From assembly GCF_009834535.1 (NCBI RefSeq), contig NC_045697.1:97280001-97344000 (forward strand): 64,000 bases of DNA, given 5' to 3'. The notes beneath the pieces were generated by a model. That model was not told the DNA's origin, made no database searches, and was given only the letters and a program-made list of their open reading frames with translations. Positions 24,929 to 39,469 of the stretch are shown here, one piece after another. The position numbers were made by a program, and so were the translations under genes. Numbering within the stretch: position 1 is the stretch's first letter; each line of letters opens with the position of its first letter. The stretch comes from Camelus ferus (Eukaryota).

Positions 24929-26461
24929 TTACAACAGGAAAACATCTCAATAATATTAAACGTTAGTTAAACTCTATCTCATGCCAACAGAGAGTGGAAA
25001 GTGTTAGAATAATCTTAAAATATACTAGCAACTAACTGATTTTTCTCCTTGATACATTAAAAAGTATTGAAAGAGAATTGATAAAGAAATAGTTGTCTTA
25101 TATGATTCAGTGCTACTTCGTGCCTGTTTACCAGCTAAAATCATCTTGTGTATACATTCTGCACCTTGGAAAACACTGTTCTAACCAAATAAGTTTTAAC
25201 AAAAATGGTTATAGCATTAAGCAAATCAAAGGATGGATACACTTTGTATTAAAAACTATTGTTAAAGTTCTATCAGATTTAATCATAGAATTTCTATTAA
25301 GAAACATAAGATCAATTTATTATGTACTGAAAATTACAGAATATTGACTTTCCACTATAAAAATCTTTAAGGTTACGTGGTCAAAATGAACAAATTCTGA
25401 TCTTTGTGGTTTTCAGAATTGTGAGGATTGCTAATACAAGAAAAAACAAATGTATCAGAATAATTGGGGCAAAATGGTAAAAAATAAAAGGGAGGGGTTG
25501 GTTTATATTTACTTTAGTTGAATTGTCTAGGATATCTATAATAATCAAATTAATTAGATAATTTATCAGATTTTCCTAAGATTTTTTGCAAAGTCCCTTA
25601 TCCCCTCAAGAAAAAAAAAAGCTATAAGACCATATTGGTTGAGTGCCACTAAATGCTGATTAGGAACACCAATTAGTTAGTATTTCTTTATGACAAACAT
25701 CAGCTGACATACGGATTAGTTTTTAATTCGTTTTCAGTGAAAGCAAATGATTGAAAATCAGCTGGCTTGAAATAAATTTTCTTAAAGTTGTTTCTTCTCA
25801 ATTTCTGCTACTCCAATTAAGGCTTTACCCAGACATATCAAGTAACTATTATACCTATTTCTTTTTCACTTAGAGACACTATTTTTAACCAGCTGCACAC
25901 AGAAGGGTTTGAGAAAATTAAAAAATCATTGTTAGTTTTTGGATAAAATGCTTCTGCAGCATCACGTGCTTTGTAACTTTGGGGCTGATGTTTTGGTTCA
26001 TTCAATTAATGGGAAAAGGTCTGACATATAATCTAATTCCCAATGTCAGGACTGCTGTTAACCAAAGCAGCAAGTTCATTTTTACTTCCTGTCAGAAAAA
26101 AACCTGACTTTATTTTCCAATTTAAATAAATGCATCAACAACAATCTCACTTCTGAATTCTAATTCTGAGATACAGAGATGTTTAAATGATATTAGACAG
26201 ATGACGGATAGACAGGTACATGGGTGGATGAAGCAGGGGGCCTTGCTGGGAGTTTGACGCCTAATGGCACAATGCTTTTTATCTCAGGGACAATGTGTTA
26301 TTTGATGACAGTTGAGCAATGAACAAGTCAAGGTCATTAAATGAAGATCCAGAAGTTGTAAGAGGTTTACCTTTCTTTTGTAAGATGAAAGCATGGCAAC
26401 TGTGAAAAGGGAGGTGGGGGAAAAGATGCATGATTGGTCATCTCACCTATTGGAAAGAATA

Positions 26462-28827
26462 CAGGTTTACCTGGGAGATATTACAGCTTCAGTTCCAGAC
26501 CACCACAATAAAGGGAGTATCTCATAAAATAAAGTGAGTCACACAATTATTTTGGTTTCCCAGTGCATGTAAAAGTAATGTTTACACTACACTGTAGACT
26601 ATTGTGTGCAATAAATAGCATTATGTCTAAAAAGCAATGTACATACCTTAATGAAAAAAATACTTCATTGCTAAAAAATGCTAACCATCATCTGAGTCTT
26701 TAGCAAGTGGTAATCTTTTTGCTTCTGTTAATGGCTGCTGACTGATCAGGGTGGTGGTTGATGAAGGTTGGGGTGGCTGTGGCAATTTCTTAAAATAAGA
26801 CAGCAGTGAAATTTGCCACATCAGTTGACTCTTCCTTTTATATACTATTTCTCTGTAGCACGCAGTGCTATTTGATAGCATTTTACACACAGTAAAACTT
26901 TCAAAATTGGAGTCAATCCTCTCAAACCTTGCTGCTGCTTTATCAACCAAGTTTATATAATATGCTAAATCCTTTGTTGTCATTTCAACAATCTTCACAG
27001 CATCTTCACTAGAAGTAGGTTCCGTCTCAAGAAACCACTAGAAGCAACTCCTCATCTGTTGAAGTTTGATCATGAGATTGCAGCACTTCAGCCACATCTT
27101 CAAGGTTCCACTTCAAATTCTAGTTCTCTTGCTGTTTTTGCCACATCTGCAGTTACTTCCTCCACTGAAGTCTTGAATTCCTCAAAGTCATCAATGAGGG
27201 TTAGAATCAACTTCTTCCAAACTCCTATGTCTATTGATATTTTGATGTCTTCCCATGAATCATGAATGTGCTTAATGGCATGCAGGATAATGAATCTTTT
27301 CCAGAGGGCTTTTGATTGACTTTGCCCAGATCCATCAGAGGAATTATTATCTATAGTAGCTTTAACCTTGTGAAATTTATTTCTTAAATAACAAGATTTG
27401 AAAGACAGAGTTACTCCTTGATTCATGGGCTGCAGAACAGATGTCGTTAGCAGGAATGAAAACTACATTAATCTTGTTGTACATCTTTATTAGAGATCTT
27501 GAGTGACCGGGTACACTGTCAATAAGCAGTAATATTTGAAGGAAGTCTTTTTTAATATGAAGTAAAGTTGATTTACAATATTGTGTTAAGGAAATCTTTT
27601 CTTGAGCAGTAAGTTTGAGTTTAAAGTAATCAGTAAACCATGTTGTAAGCAGATATGCTATCATCTAGACTTTGCTTTTCTATTTTGAGAGTACAAGCAG
27701 AGTAGATTCAGCATAATTCTTAAGGGTCCTAGGATTCTTAGTAGAGGAGCTCTGGCTTCAACTTAAAGTCATCAGCTGCATTAGTCCCTTACAAGAGTGT
27801 TGGGGTGTCCTTTGAAGCTTTGAAGCCAGGCATTGACTTCTCCTCTCTAGATGGCATCTTCTTCCAATATAAGAAGAAGATCTACACTGAGAATCTGTTG
27901 TTCAGTATAGCCACTTTCATTAATGATCTTAATTATCATAGCTAGATCTCCTGGATAACTTGCTGTAACTTCTGCATCAGCTACTTCACCTTGCACTTTG
28001 ATATTATGGGTGGCTTCTTTTCTTAAACCTCATGAACCAACTTCTGCTAGCTTCAGACTTTTCTTCTGCAATTTCCTCATCTCTCTCAGGCTTCACAGGG
28101 TTGAAGAGAGTCAGGACTTTGCTTTGGATTGGTCTTTGGCTGAAGGAATGTTTTGGCTGGTTTGATTTTCTCTCCAGACCACTAAAACTTTTTCCATATC
28201 CGCAATTAAGGCTGTTTTACTTTCTTGTCATTTGTATGTTCTCTGTAGTAGCACTTTTAATTTCTTCCAAGAACTTTTCTTTTGTGTTCACAACTTGGCT
28301 GTTTGGCACAAAAAGCCTAGCTTTCTTCCTGTCTTGGCTTTTGACATGCCTTCTTCACTAAACTTAATCATCTCTAGCTTTTGATATAAAGTGAGAGATG
28401 TGTGACACTTCCTTTCACTTGAACATATAAAGGCCTTTGCACGGTTATTAATTGGCCTAATTTCAATATTCTGGTGACTCAGGGAATAGGGAGAGGGAGA
28501 AAGGACAATGGCCAGTTGGTGAAGCAGTCAGAACATACACAGTATTTACGGATTTAAGTTCACCATGTTATAGGGGCACAGTTCACAACACCCCAAAATA
28601 ATTACAATAGTAACATCAAAGATCACAGATCACTATAAAAATAGTAATAATGAAAAAGTTTGAAATCTTGTGAGAATTACCAAAATGTAATTACAGAGAC
28701 ATAAAGTGAGAAGATGCCATTGGAAATATGATGCTGATAGACTTGCTCGATTTGAGGTTGCCACAAACCTTCAATATGTAAAAAAAAACACAGTATCTGT
28801 GAAGCACAAGAAAGTGAGATAGGCCTG
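26462..28827 (-). mobile_element. Near-full-length Tigger1 (TcMar-Tigger DNA transposon), transposase pseudogenised
   Basis: Degenerate TIRs 'caggtttacctg...' and '...gagataggcctg', with TA at 26460-26461 and TA at 28829-28830. Minus-strand ORFs 26681-26998, 27100-27426 and 27377-27664 are Tigger1/TIGD1-like transposase pieces ([38 protein letters not shown]). Confidence 0.96.
27552..27587 (-). mobile_element. 36-bp LINE-1 3'-tip micro-insertion inside Tigger1
   Basis: 'ttaatatgaagtaaagttgatttacaatattgtgtt' is flanked by the TSD aaggaa(g/a)tctttt at 27539-27551 and 27588-27600. Confidence 0.85.
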
Positions 28828-31800
28828 GTATATATGGAAATCTGAAATCTGGAAACTGATTTTCTTTAAATTATCTATGCTTGTTTTACCATTTGGAAAA
28901 TCTTCTTGACCCCCTTCACCATCAGTTATTATTCTTCATTTCTAGTTTAAAGTTGACTAACTGTATTTTCAGTTACCCTAAAAACATCATCAAAGTTTAG
29001 GACAACATGGAAGACATTTATTTTTATAAGAAACCTGTTAGACATTGGCCACTGTTCCCACTTCAGTACATATAGGCGTTGTTTTCATTTTTTTTTCAAT
29101 GTTGAATTTTCCTTGGTGTAGTTAATATATCAGATATATTCAGATCTGTTTATGGAATAAAAAATAAGTTATAAGCTACCATCACACCAGATTTACTAAA
29201 TGATTAATTTTATTTTGTGTAAAAGAACAAAACAAGAGGTCAGCATAATTAAACTGGTATTTTGAATATCACTACATATGCCCAGCAGTAGATTTTCAAA
29301 TGCATAGCAAATAGTTCTTTTATACTTTTTCTTTAAAAATTCCATTCCATTTCTATTTTCATTAGAGTGTTTAATATGTAACAGGCTTTTCTGAAGAAGC
29401 CATTCTGTTTGACTCACAAGAAGAAGAAAACATTCTAGATCAATATTCCTACTTGGGATAGGACTCTTGTATTGTTTCTAATGTCCAAACAGATCTTTGA
29501 GAGAGGTTACTAAAAATGGGGTAGAATGGTAATGGGGAAAGGAAGGCACAGAAAACTCAAAGAGCCATGAGCAGCTGAGTCCCAGGTATATGATGTTATA
29601 GCTAGGAGCACAGTCTTTAACTATGAGAAAGCTTTCCATGCAGTAGAAAATAATAATAGCAATGTTTGCAGGTCCCTCATAATGAAGTGGAATTTTAAGG
29701 AAAGTCTTTCTGGCTGTTGTTTAACAAGGAAATTTTATAGAAATTCAAGAAGTAGAAGTTAAAATAATTCCCCTAAACAGTTTTCAGGTGTATTGAACCC
29801 TATTTCAGTGTTGCTGACTAGTTTCAGAATGGCTTTGAATAATTCATTTCTAGATTTTATTTTTTTTCAGGAAGCAGGCTCAGTAAAGAAGCCTGTCCTA
29901 TTCCATTGCTGACTCACTTTATTCTTTCTTCCTTCCCACCTGACAAGTATGTTTCTAATTGAAATGCATAGTAACATTTGCCTGCTCAGGAAAAGAAATG
30001 GAAAAAAAAAAAGTTTATAGTTAATGTTATTTTAGTTTGGTTGCTTAAATTCAAAATTAAATTCTCTTGAAGTCTTGAATAAAGAAAAAGGAATAAGGCC
30101 ACATTTGTCAAGCAACATACATTGTAGACTTATTTATAGCAAAAATAGATTATTATTTCTAAAATAAATGCTTTCCATAATAGCACACTTTGTTTTATAT
30201 CCCAGGTGGTGAAAGAGCAATGTATTCTGCAGAGAATGCTAATAAAACCACACTGGTCATGCTTATACTATCAAAGAAACTCATATACTTCTTCATTTAT
30301 AATGTAGAACTTGGAAAGTCTGAACAAATTTATTAAAACTTAATGCCAAGTGGTACAGGCTTTTGGAGTTTTCAGTATTGTTCACAGTTTAATGGGACTG
30401 CTCCTAACACTCTATAACCTTCCTCTGTTAACTGGCTTCTCCATTACAGTTAATCATCTTCACTCCCCAAGTAGCCTTTTTCTTAACATGCCTATTTCTG
30501 TCCGTGGCACCATCAGCCTTCCAGTGCCTGGGTCTCTGCTCTTGGTATATCTGTTAACTACTTTTCCTTCTTTGCCACCTACCTGCGTTGAGATAAGTGC
30601 TGTATATTCCACTTCTGTGATTTCCTTACAGGTATCCCTTCTTTTCCATTGGCACTGCTGTTAGTCAGTTTAGACCTTTGTTAACTTTCACCTAACAAAC
30701 TATGGGGCTTCCTGGGGTCAGAACCCCCTGCCCCCTATATCCTCTGCCTCTTTTTTGTAGAAAATTTTTAGGTTGTATTCATGGGTAGTACATATTATTT
30801 GGATGCAATTAAGACTCTAGACCTTTTCCTTTTAGGAAGTGAAAAAATTCAGGTCATCTGTTAATCACTGGGCTTCATTAAGTCTGAGGATAGGAGTGCA
30901 TACAGATTTGGGAGATGGTGAGGCTATAAATATGAACTTTGGCTAGTAAGATCAAAGCTTTTTACATTTTACTTGTATGACTCTGACTATATTGCATTGG
31001 GTTCCTCAGATATACATTGGAGGTAGTAATACATATTTTTCAGAGTTATATGTTTCAAATAAAATATAAATTAAGATAATTATTTCATAGTTTAGTCTAT
31101 ATTAGATATTTGTATGCAAATGAAATTTACTTTAATACTTTGAAGATTAAGAAAGGTAAAAATGCTGGCCTAACTTTTCCCTAACTGCAATATCTTAAAA
31201 GCTATTTAATGTAGTTCTTAACAGAAAATGCAATAGAAGTGCATTCAAAAAAATCCCATGGCCTTGGTGAAAATCTATGTGAAAAAAATGAACAGAATTC
31301 AGAAAATCGATTTTATAAATTCCTTCATCTGTAGTGGTATAAACAAGTAAATGGAATCTAAATTCAAATTAAATTCTAGATATTTAATTTCCTATAGGCA
31401 TCCTAAAATACTGTGAATAATTGTCATCATCTAGCTTATTTAAATGTCAATATTGTTTGTAAACAGCACTGCAGTATATAAGAAAATAAGACTCAAACTC
31501 AAGAATGTCTCATAATTCCACTCAGTATTACAATATTTCTTCAATAAAGTGTTTCAGGTACTTCAGAATTATCCATAACAATTTATACTTAATGAATAAA
31601 TAATTTCTAGAAAATCTTAAAAAATGGTTCTACCCCAAAGAAATGTTTTGTCAAATAGCATTTACAGAGTTAGTTCTTTCTTAAGTAGTATTTGTTATAT
31701 GTTATCTTGGGAACTAACTGAAAAACTTAATCATTCAATTTGAAAAAAATTTTTAAAAAGTAATCAAAGTATAGAGTATGAGATAAATACATTATCAGAA

Positions 31801-34800
31801 AATCTATTCTGTCTTTTCCTTGAAACTACTCACTTTCCAATTATACTGCTATAGGTATGCTTCTATATTTGATTTTACTCTAATATATTTTAGTTGCTAC
31901 TTGATTGCATACATAACATTACCTGAATTCTTGCCTTAAAAAGTGGTATATAATATCATATCATTTAAAAACATATGTTAAGCTGGTAAGATTATGTGTA
32001 AAGATCTATCCAAAACTTGAAATTGTTTTCTTTACACTGTAATTCCATCATAAGTGAAATGATTGGTGTTTCCCTTGAAAACTAAATGTTAAATCATCTA
32101 GGAAAATAACATATGCAGAGAATATTCAGATTGTCTTAAATTCCAGTTCCCAGGTTAAATAAAATGCAATCACTAATTTTTTTTTATTCTGTTCCAACTA
32201 CCTATATTATACCTATTAATAAAAATACAAGTCTGACAGAATGTAGTAATTGTAATAGCTTTTTGCATATAAAATGTATCTCCAATTTTTATTTTTAATA
32301 AAGATCTGTCATTTTAAGATACATCTTTAACCACCATAAATTATATAGAAAATAAAAAATTACACTCTATACTTAGTAACAAAAACAGTGTATAAAAAAT
32401 AATTTACTTTTAGAAAACACTAAAAGTGGGATGTTTTCTTATGAAGTAACAGAATGACAATTTCTCTATGTAATCTGATTAATAGTGTTACCCAAAGTGG
32501 ATGATTCAGAACTTTGTCATGTTGTCACTGTTCTATTCAGATGAATTAGAGTATTCATTTCAAATGTATCAATGGGTGATATACAAAAATTTATCAAAGT
32601 ACTTTAAATAGATTTTTATAGTTTAATATATTCATTTAATATTTTTACTAATTAAGATATGTGATAAAGAAAATATACTAAGAAGATCATATAAATTAAG
32701 GTTAGGCAAGAATGAAATTGTAAGAAATGCATGCAGTCATTTTGACATGGTGCTAAAATAGTCTAAATTTTAGACTGAGGAATCTAAATTGAGAATTAGG
32801 AAATATCTATGTTTAAAATCAAACATTTTTTAGGAAGTACATGCCCAAAGTAATGACATCTGGCAGTTTTTTATGTGTAACACTTTTCATCCACACAAAA
32901 ACCAAGAAGAGACAAGTACATAAATGTAATGTTTGAATCACTTCACTCAGCTTTGAAAGAAATGAGATTTTAGTATGTCTTACAGAAACTACGGAATAAC
33001 TAATCGTGTAGCAACAGAATCTGGCTCTGTCATTTCCCAAAATTTCCAATACTGACAATAATGAAAAGGTCATTAGCAAAAAGTCAGATTCATTGTCATC
33101 TCTAAACAAGACATGAAATAAACAATTCAGAGGCCTTTGGCATGACAGATAATATCTGTACGGGAGTTCAAAACCCCACCAATAGGCTACTCAGGATCCT
33201 AAAGAGACAGATCACTGTCAGACAAATTATTGTTCTAGTGAAAAACATTAAGAACACATTCTCGTCAAAGTGGAGTTTCCATTTAGGTGCAATCAGCAAG
33301 GCTTAATTAGAAAACATGAATAATTGAATGTGCTGCTGCTCTCTCTCTGCAACAAACTCAAGACTGATGGAGAAGCAAATTCTTGTTAGACAAAAGGGCA
33401 TGTTGTACTGAATCTTTCTCGAATGTTTTCCCCTCTGTGACGGCAACCTTTTCAGTGATAATTCAAATGAATACCCTCTGAGCAAACACTGTAAATATAG
33501 GTCTTTAGTTGAAACAGAAAAAACAAGCAAACAAAACAAAAATTCCTGCAATCTCTACATAAGGCCAAGTTTATGAAAATATAATAGAGAATGGGGGAGA
33601 GGAAAGGGGTAAGGGTTGAAAATACCTTAGAATATTGAAGTCTTCATAGAATTAGTCATTCTGGCAACCGTATTAAAGATAAAACTCACAAATATTCTCT
33701 GTGGGAGCACAATTTTAATTTAGGCACCTATTTCCCACTGCATATGTCCCTCCCTAATTGTATACTAATTGAGCCAATGCTCCCTGCTTGTCTACAGTCC
33801 CTGTTAGCTATTTCAGGTTCAGTATGGTTATGGGCTCTCTAAAAAGTCAGAGAATTAGATGAGATGATTAAGAATATATCCATTGTTAAGTAGTATATAA
33901 GTGAACTCAAAAAATGTGTAGACACAAATATGCGACAGAATCCGAATACTTAAAAACATTAGCAAAAACCAAAACCAAACAAATAGAACAAAAAATAAAA
34001 CAAAATGACAAGTTTTTACTACTACCTAGCTAATCCCACTGAACACCGACTTCCCTAGGGCCATGCCCAACACTGCTAGTTCTTTGTCTTGCTTTTGTTT
34101 TTGTTCTCTTTTCCTATTCTGAGCCATGTGTCATCATCTTGGATCCTCTGTTTTCAGGTGAACTAGCCAGTGGAGCCTCATCTCTTTTCTGTGTTTATGA
34201 GTTTGTCTACTATAATATGAAATTGCAACCCACTCTCTGAAAGTTATAGCAACTGCTTCTGCTCTTGCTCTTGGTGGCCTTGCAAGGCCTCCCACTCCCT
34301 CTCTATAACCTTCCATTATATTACCCTCTGCCTCTCTCAGCTTACTTCTCTTTCCGTGATCTGTGCTATGCCTCGGGACTCCTTGAAGAAGGAGACATCA
34401 GAATACACCTTGAAAGCCCAAGACCCAGGGAGGTCACAGGGCATTCTTTCTCATTGGTTATGCTACTTAGACTGAGCCCATCACAGTGAGACTAGTACAT
34501 GCTGACTAATTCTTCTACCTTTGCTTTCTTGGCTCACTTAGCCCTTCCGCTTGCTTCTCTCAGCCTTCCCATAACAGCCAACACAGTATTTCCATTTGAA
34601 ATAACTTTCCAGGGCATTTGGTTTAGAAGGTAGCTCCTCACACAAGCCTCAGAATTCTACTCTTATCTCTGCGGCTTGATCCTCAAATTCCAGGATGCCA
34701 GTGGGAGGTAAATTGCTCTAGGGGGATGGGGTGGAGAGGGCATTTACACAAAGTTACTGCCTAGAAAAGACCCTAAAACATCTTTAAATTCTTACCTGGG

Positions 34801-34910
34801 ATATTTGAACCACACACACAAAATTCCTTAGCCAGTTCCCATTTACTTACTGCTATCCTCAAACATTTTTATGTGTGAAATTTAAAAGTACCAAGATACC
34901 TCAGTTTGGA

Positions 34911-35165
34911 GAGGCAGAATAGTGCAGGGGTTCAGAATGCCTACCCACCTGACTGCCTGAGATTCCAAACTCAAGGCTGCTACTTCCTACATAAATAACC
35001 ATCATCAAGTCACTTTACCTCTCTATGCCTCAATTGCCATATCTGTAAAATAGGACAATATTTCTCTTGAGGTTAATAGGAGGAATAAATGTGCTTAATT
35101 ATGTAAAGTGCTTAGACAAATGCCTGCCACAATAATAAGCACTGTATCAAGTGTTAGCTATTAAT
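34911..35165 (+). mobile_element. MIR SINE, nearly complete
   Basis: 'caagtcactttacctctctatgcctcaattgccatatctgtaaaatagg...gtaaagtgcttagacaaatgcctgcc...gttagcta'. Confidence 0.88.
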
Positions 35166-38100
35166 ATTATTATGATAAGTATTAATGGGAGATAATTGGA
35201 TATTAATATTTTACTTTTCACTAATTCACTGAATACCTATATAATCCGTTTAAGCTCTTTGCAGTGTATTTTACTGTTTAAAAAAGAATTGCCATTTCAT
35301 ATCAAAGATCTTTTCCAACATTAAATTTATATAAATTACTCAAATTTCCTTGGGTAACTATAACTTCCAAACTGAAGCAAAGTTTTTCTTAAAATATTTA
35401 CAATTAAGGCTACTTAGGACCACCTTGTATTACCTACTGTCAGGAGACAACCTATTAGATATTATAAATGCTGTTAAAATTTTTACAAACTATATACATA
35501 TTTTAGACTGTCATTTCATTTTAAAATTTATGAATAGATACTCTTCTCACATTACTTTTTCTGACTCTATTACTGCTGTATGCATTGTTTATGTTGAAAA
35601 ACTACTTACAATTATTTGTAAGAAGAGGAAGGAAAGTTTAAATTTGTTGTTTTCTTTTTTGATAATGAAATCTTATGTGAATATATGGATCTGAAATTTC
35701 TTCTCATTTCATTTCATTTTGCATGTAATATTACATAGCCTGAAGTATAAACAAAAGCTAAAATAAGAACTCATACTTCTTAGCTTAAAATAACCATGAT
35801 GTGCTTCCTGTAAAGAACAAATAACCTTACCAAGACAAAGAGAAATTATTTAGAAAAAATACAGTCTTAGATTTGGAAAAGAACTGAAATGTCACATAGT
35901 AAAATAGTGTAACCAATATATCAAACACCTTTATAAAGCATCCTTTTTTTCTAACAGTCACTGACCATTGCTCAAAAATATCTGGGATTGGGGGGGCTCA
36001 TTATTAATAAGGCACCCTATTCGATTGTATTTCTGAAACATCCAAATTCAGTCAAAATTCATCTCCATGTCATTTCTCTCCACAAATGCTGCTTCTACCA
36101 TCTGGAATAAGAAATAAGTGCATTATTTTAAGATACATCTTATGATAATGATGTCTAGTTTTTAACTATCCTAATTGTTCTTCTCTAATCATTTTCTTCT
36201 TTGCTAGCTTCCCTCTGAAAATCTCAAAGCAGTTTCAGAATCCTTTCTCATTTCATTTTAGGCATCAACCATATAAACTTAAATTTAATGAAGCACCTAG
36301 TTAAAACTCAGAGGGCAAACTTACTTTTCTTCTTCCTATTCTGCTTTTTCAGCAGTTTCCTAAGAAAATAGTAGGAACAAAAACAGCTACTTGGTACATA
36401 AATTAGAATGACCTACTTTAGTATATCTTTGAAACTAAAGCATACCATGAATCTCTCTGTTTTCCATATTACCATCAAGCACTATGTTACTGGTTTTAAA
36501 GCTCAGTCCACTACTTACCAATACCAATTTGTGGCTAACATTAATTTCTCCAGGTGTTCTATCATTGGGCAAATCAATTCTAAAAAGAGCAGTGAAAGTG
36601 TTATGCCTTAATTGTAAGATTGAGAAATAGGAAATGAACTTGATTTAACACATTTTTCAAACTATTTAACATGAAAGATTCTCTCCTTCGCAACTTGTGA
36701 GAAACTGAGCTCCTATCTTCTCAAAGATGATAACAAGAAAAACTTTCCCCAGTGACTCATCTCTGAATGAATAGGTGCGTATCTGTTAGCTTCACCCATT
36801 CTTGGTGGATTGAAATCCCACCGGTAGGTTGTATAAGTTTAGGGAAAAATATTTGAGAGATGATGTCACAAATGCTGTCCCACTCAGGATTTCAGGTGAT
36901 TGCTTTATATCTGGAGAGCATAATAATAATATTTGTGGGGATTAGAGGTAGAAAGTTAAAAGTAATGATAATCAAAAGAAAAAAGAAAACATAAACCTAT
37001 TGCTTTTTGGAACTTGAAATAATTCATTGTCTAGCCAAGTTGATTTTTACAAAAATTGCATGAAAACACTAAAAATCAAAAGCTATGAAATTGTTGAATT
37101 GCTGTTAGTAATGTGCTGGTGGAGGTTGGAAGGAAGATACGTTGTATTTAAATAAAGTTAATGTAGGTGAATCAAAAACGATGGGAAGAGGACTAGGCAC
37201 TCTAATAATTCTGCACTTTGAAGTACATGTTTTATACGTTAGTGAAAATGCCCCCATAAATTAAGCAATATACTAAAGAATGAGAGAAAAAAGCAAACAT
37301 TCTATTCAAACCAGTTGTTTTTCATTTCCCAGTTTTATTATATACCATGGAAAAGTGATTTAAAATTCATAACTAAACCCTGGCTTGCATCAGAAAACAA
37401 TCTTTTATTCCCTTTTTAAACTTATTTTTAAAGGAAAAAATATGTATTTTACTGAGATTTTATATCTTGCATCAATAATAGAACTTTGGCTTTTTATATA
37501 ACATTTTGGCCAGAAATCCTGACTTTTATCCTGTGTACTTTCAATTATCTGATGCAGCCTAACAATAATTCTGCAAGAGTTTAGACAAAACCAGTAAAAA
37601 AAAAGATTTTCAGTTAAACCAAAGCAAATCTCTGCTGAGGGTTGTGACATTATTTGCAGTAATTTCCAAGTGAAATGGGCAGGAGCTAATGTTACCAACT
37701 CAAAGATGGTCAGGTACTGTACTTAAGGCAACTATCATATGCAACTTGAAAACAATCCTAAAATTTAGTGTACAATTTTCATGAGACCTGGGAGATAATT
37801 TGATTCTAGCTTATGTCTGGGCACCTGGGATAGGATAAATAATTTAATCGCATATCTTAGAATTAGAGTCCAAAACTCTTACTCATACTCTAGGAAAACA
37901 CAATTGACTCAAAAAATTACTGGATTTTTTAAAACTTATACTGTATCTGATGTTGAATTGACTATCCTTTGCTAGTCATTGTCTATTTAGTATGCCTTTA
38001 TGGGCAACTGAGTATAATAACACTGAATTTGGTACTTTCAGGCGAAGTGTAATATGGCCTTTCCTGTTCTTCAGTAAAGAACTGTCTTCCAAGAGGATCA

Positions 38101-38289
38101 TTTAAAGCTGCCCTCATGGTCTATAAATATAGCCCAGGGGCCTGTCTCACTAGTAACCCCTATTCTCTAAACATTGTGTGAATGTGCAGTTTGCAATTTT
38201 TATCCTTCTCTTTGTATACATTGTCACTAGAATTTTGTATAAGCTATTATTTAACTTCTTCAGATAGAGACTGCTAATGTCTAGTAAAC

Positions 38290-38700
38290 ACACAGTGGAA
38301 AAAATACCACTAATTACCCACTCTGGGGAATTCATCCAAAGAAAATAATTCAACAAAGGAAAGTTAAATTTATAAATATGAATTACATATTATTTATAAT
38401 TGAAAACAATTACAAATATCCTATGTCCAGCAACAGAGAAATACTTAAAGATTTTTGAACACCTATTTAGACAAATATTTTTGGCTATAAAATTATAATT
38501 ATGAATATATTAATGAAATAATGTGAACTGATAAAAGCACAATATGATTTCAATGATATAAGAAATATGCATGTGAAATTGGTTAGAAAGACAAATGGAC
38601 TTAGTCTTGAGAGGATGTTTGTAATTGTAAATAGATTTTTTTCTTTAAAAATGCTCTATACTAACTTTATTGTTACCTCATTCACATATGTATGTATATG
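38290..38700 (+). mobile_element. Ancient L1ME-type 3' relic
   Basis: 'ccactaattacccactctggggaattcatccaaagaaaataat...tgtccagcaacagagaaat' resembles old L1 ORF2 end/3' UTR. Confidence 0.5.
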
Positions 38701-38984
38701 ATTTTATATTGCATAAAATAAAATCACTCTAATCATTTGATTTGCAGTAAGACAGAAATAGCAGAATCCTAGCTCTGTCAGAAAACTGTCCGTGTTCTGA
38801 GTGTGTCTGATTAAAGTGATAAGAGTGATACGTATTTGACTTTACTCTCTACTAAGTAAGTATTGCACAGTATCAGCTAGGAAATGAGATCTCCTATGAC
38901 ATATAGAGGGGAAAAAGTCAAAAAGTGTATAAATCATAATATTCCATTCAAAGCGGAGCCAAAAGTGCTCACGCAAATGACATG

Positions 38985-39230
38985 AGTACCATTATTGAGC
39001 CTGTAGGTGCCCTTCACCATGCCTTGTATTTATTATGTCACTTAATTGCCACAGTTATGTTATAAGATTGCCATTATTATCAACTCAATTTCATAGATGA
39101 GGAAATCAATTCCTAAAGGAATGAAATGACTTGCCTGAAATCATAGAGCAAGCAAATGGCTCAATCAAATTCAAAGCCAGCTCTGTTTAGCCCAGGAGCC
39201 TTTGACTTGACTCCTTGTACTGTGCTGCCT
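38985..39230 (-). mobile_element. MIR SINE
   Basis: 'tttcatagatgaggaaatcaattcctaaaggaatgaaatgacttgcctgaaatcatag'. Confidence 0.75.
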
Positions 39231-39469
39231 TGACATTTACTCATTTGCTCCACGAAAAACCTGGATGTATTGGGAGATGGAGAGCTGTTGTGGTTACAGT
39301 GTCCTGTTGTTGTCAGGTTCAAGTTGCTCATTGTGAGCGTAAACAAGACTGTTTACTTCTGCCCATTTCAGATTCCTCTTGGTAAAATGAAAACAATAGA
39401 AATACCTCCCCCACCCCCCAGAGGATTGTTGTGAGCTTTAACAATATAAAGGTTGTCATCTGCTCCAAT

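Noticed and set aside
26681..27664. Possible TIGD1 gene
   Set aside because: Fragmented by stops, frameshifts and an L1 micro-insertion, and bounded by TIRs; this is an ordinary Tigger1 copy.
30700..30775. Short GC-rich piece resembling the start of an ERV1 LTR
   Set aside because: Only ~70 bp, too short to assign with confidence.
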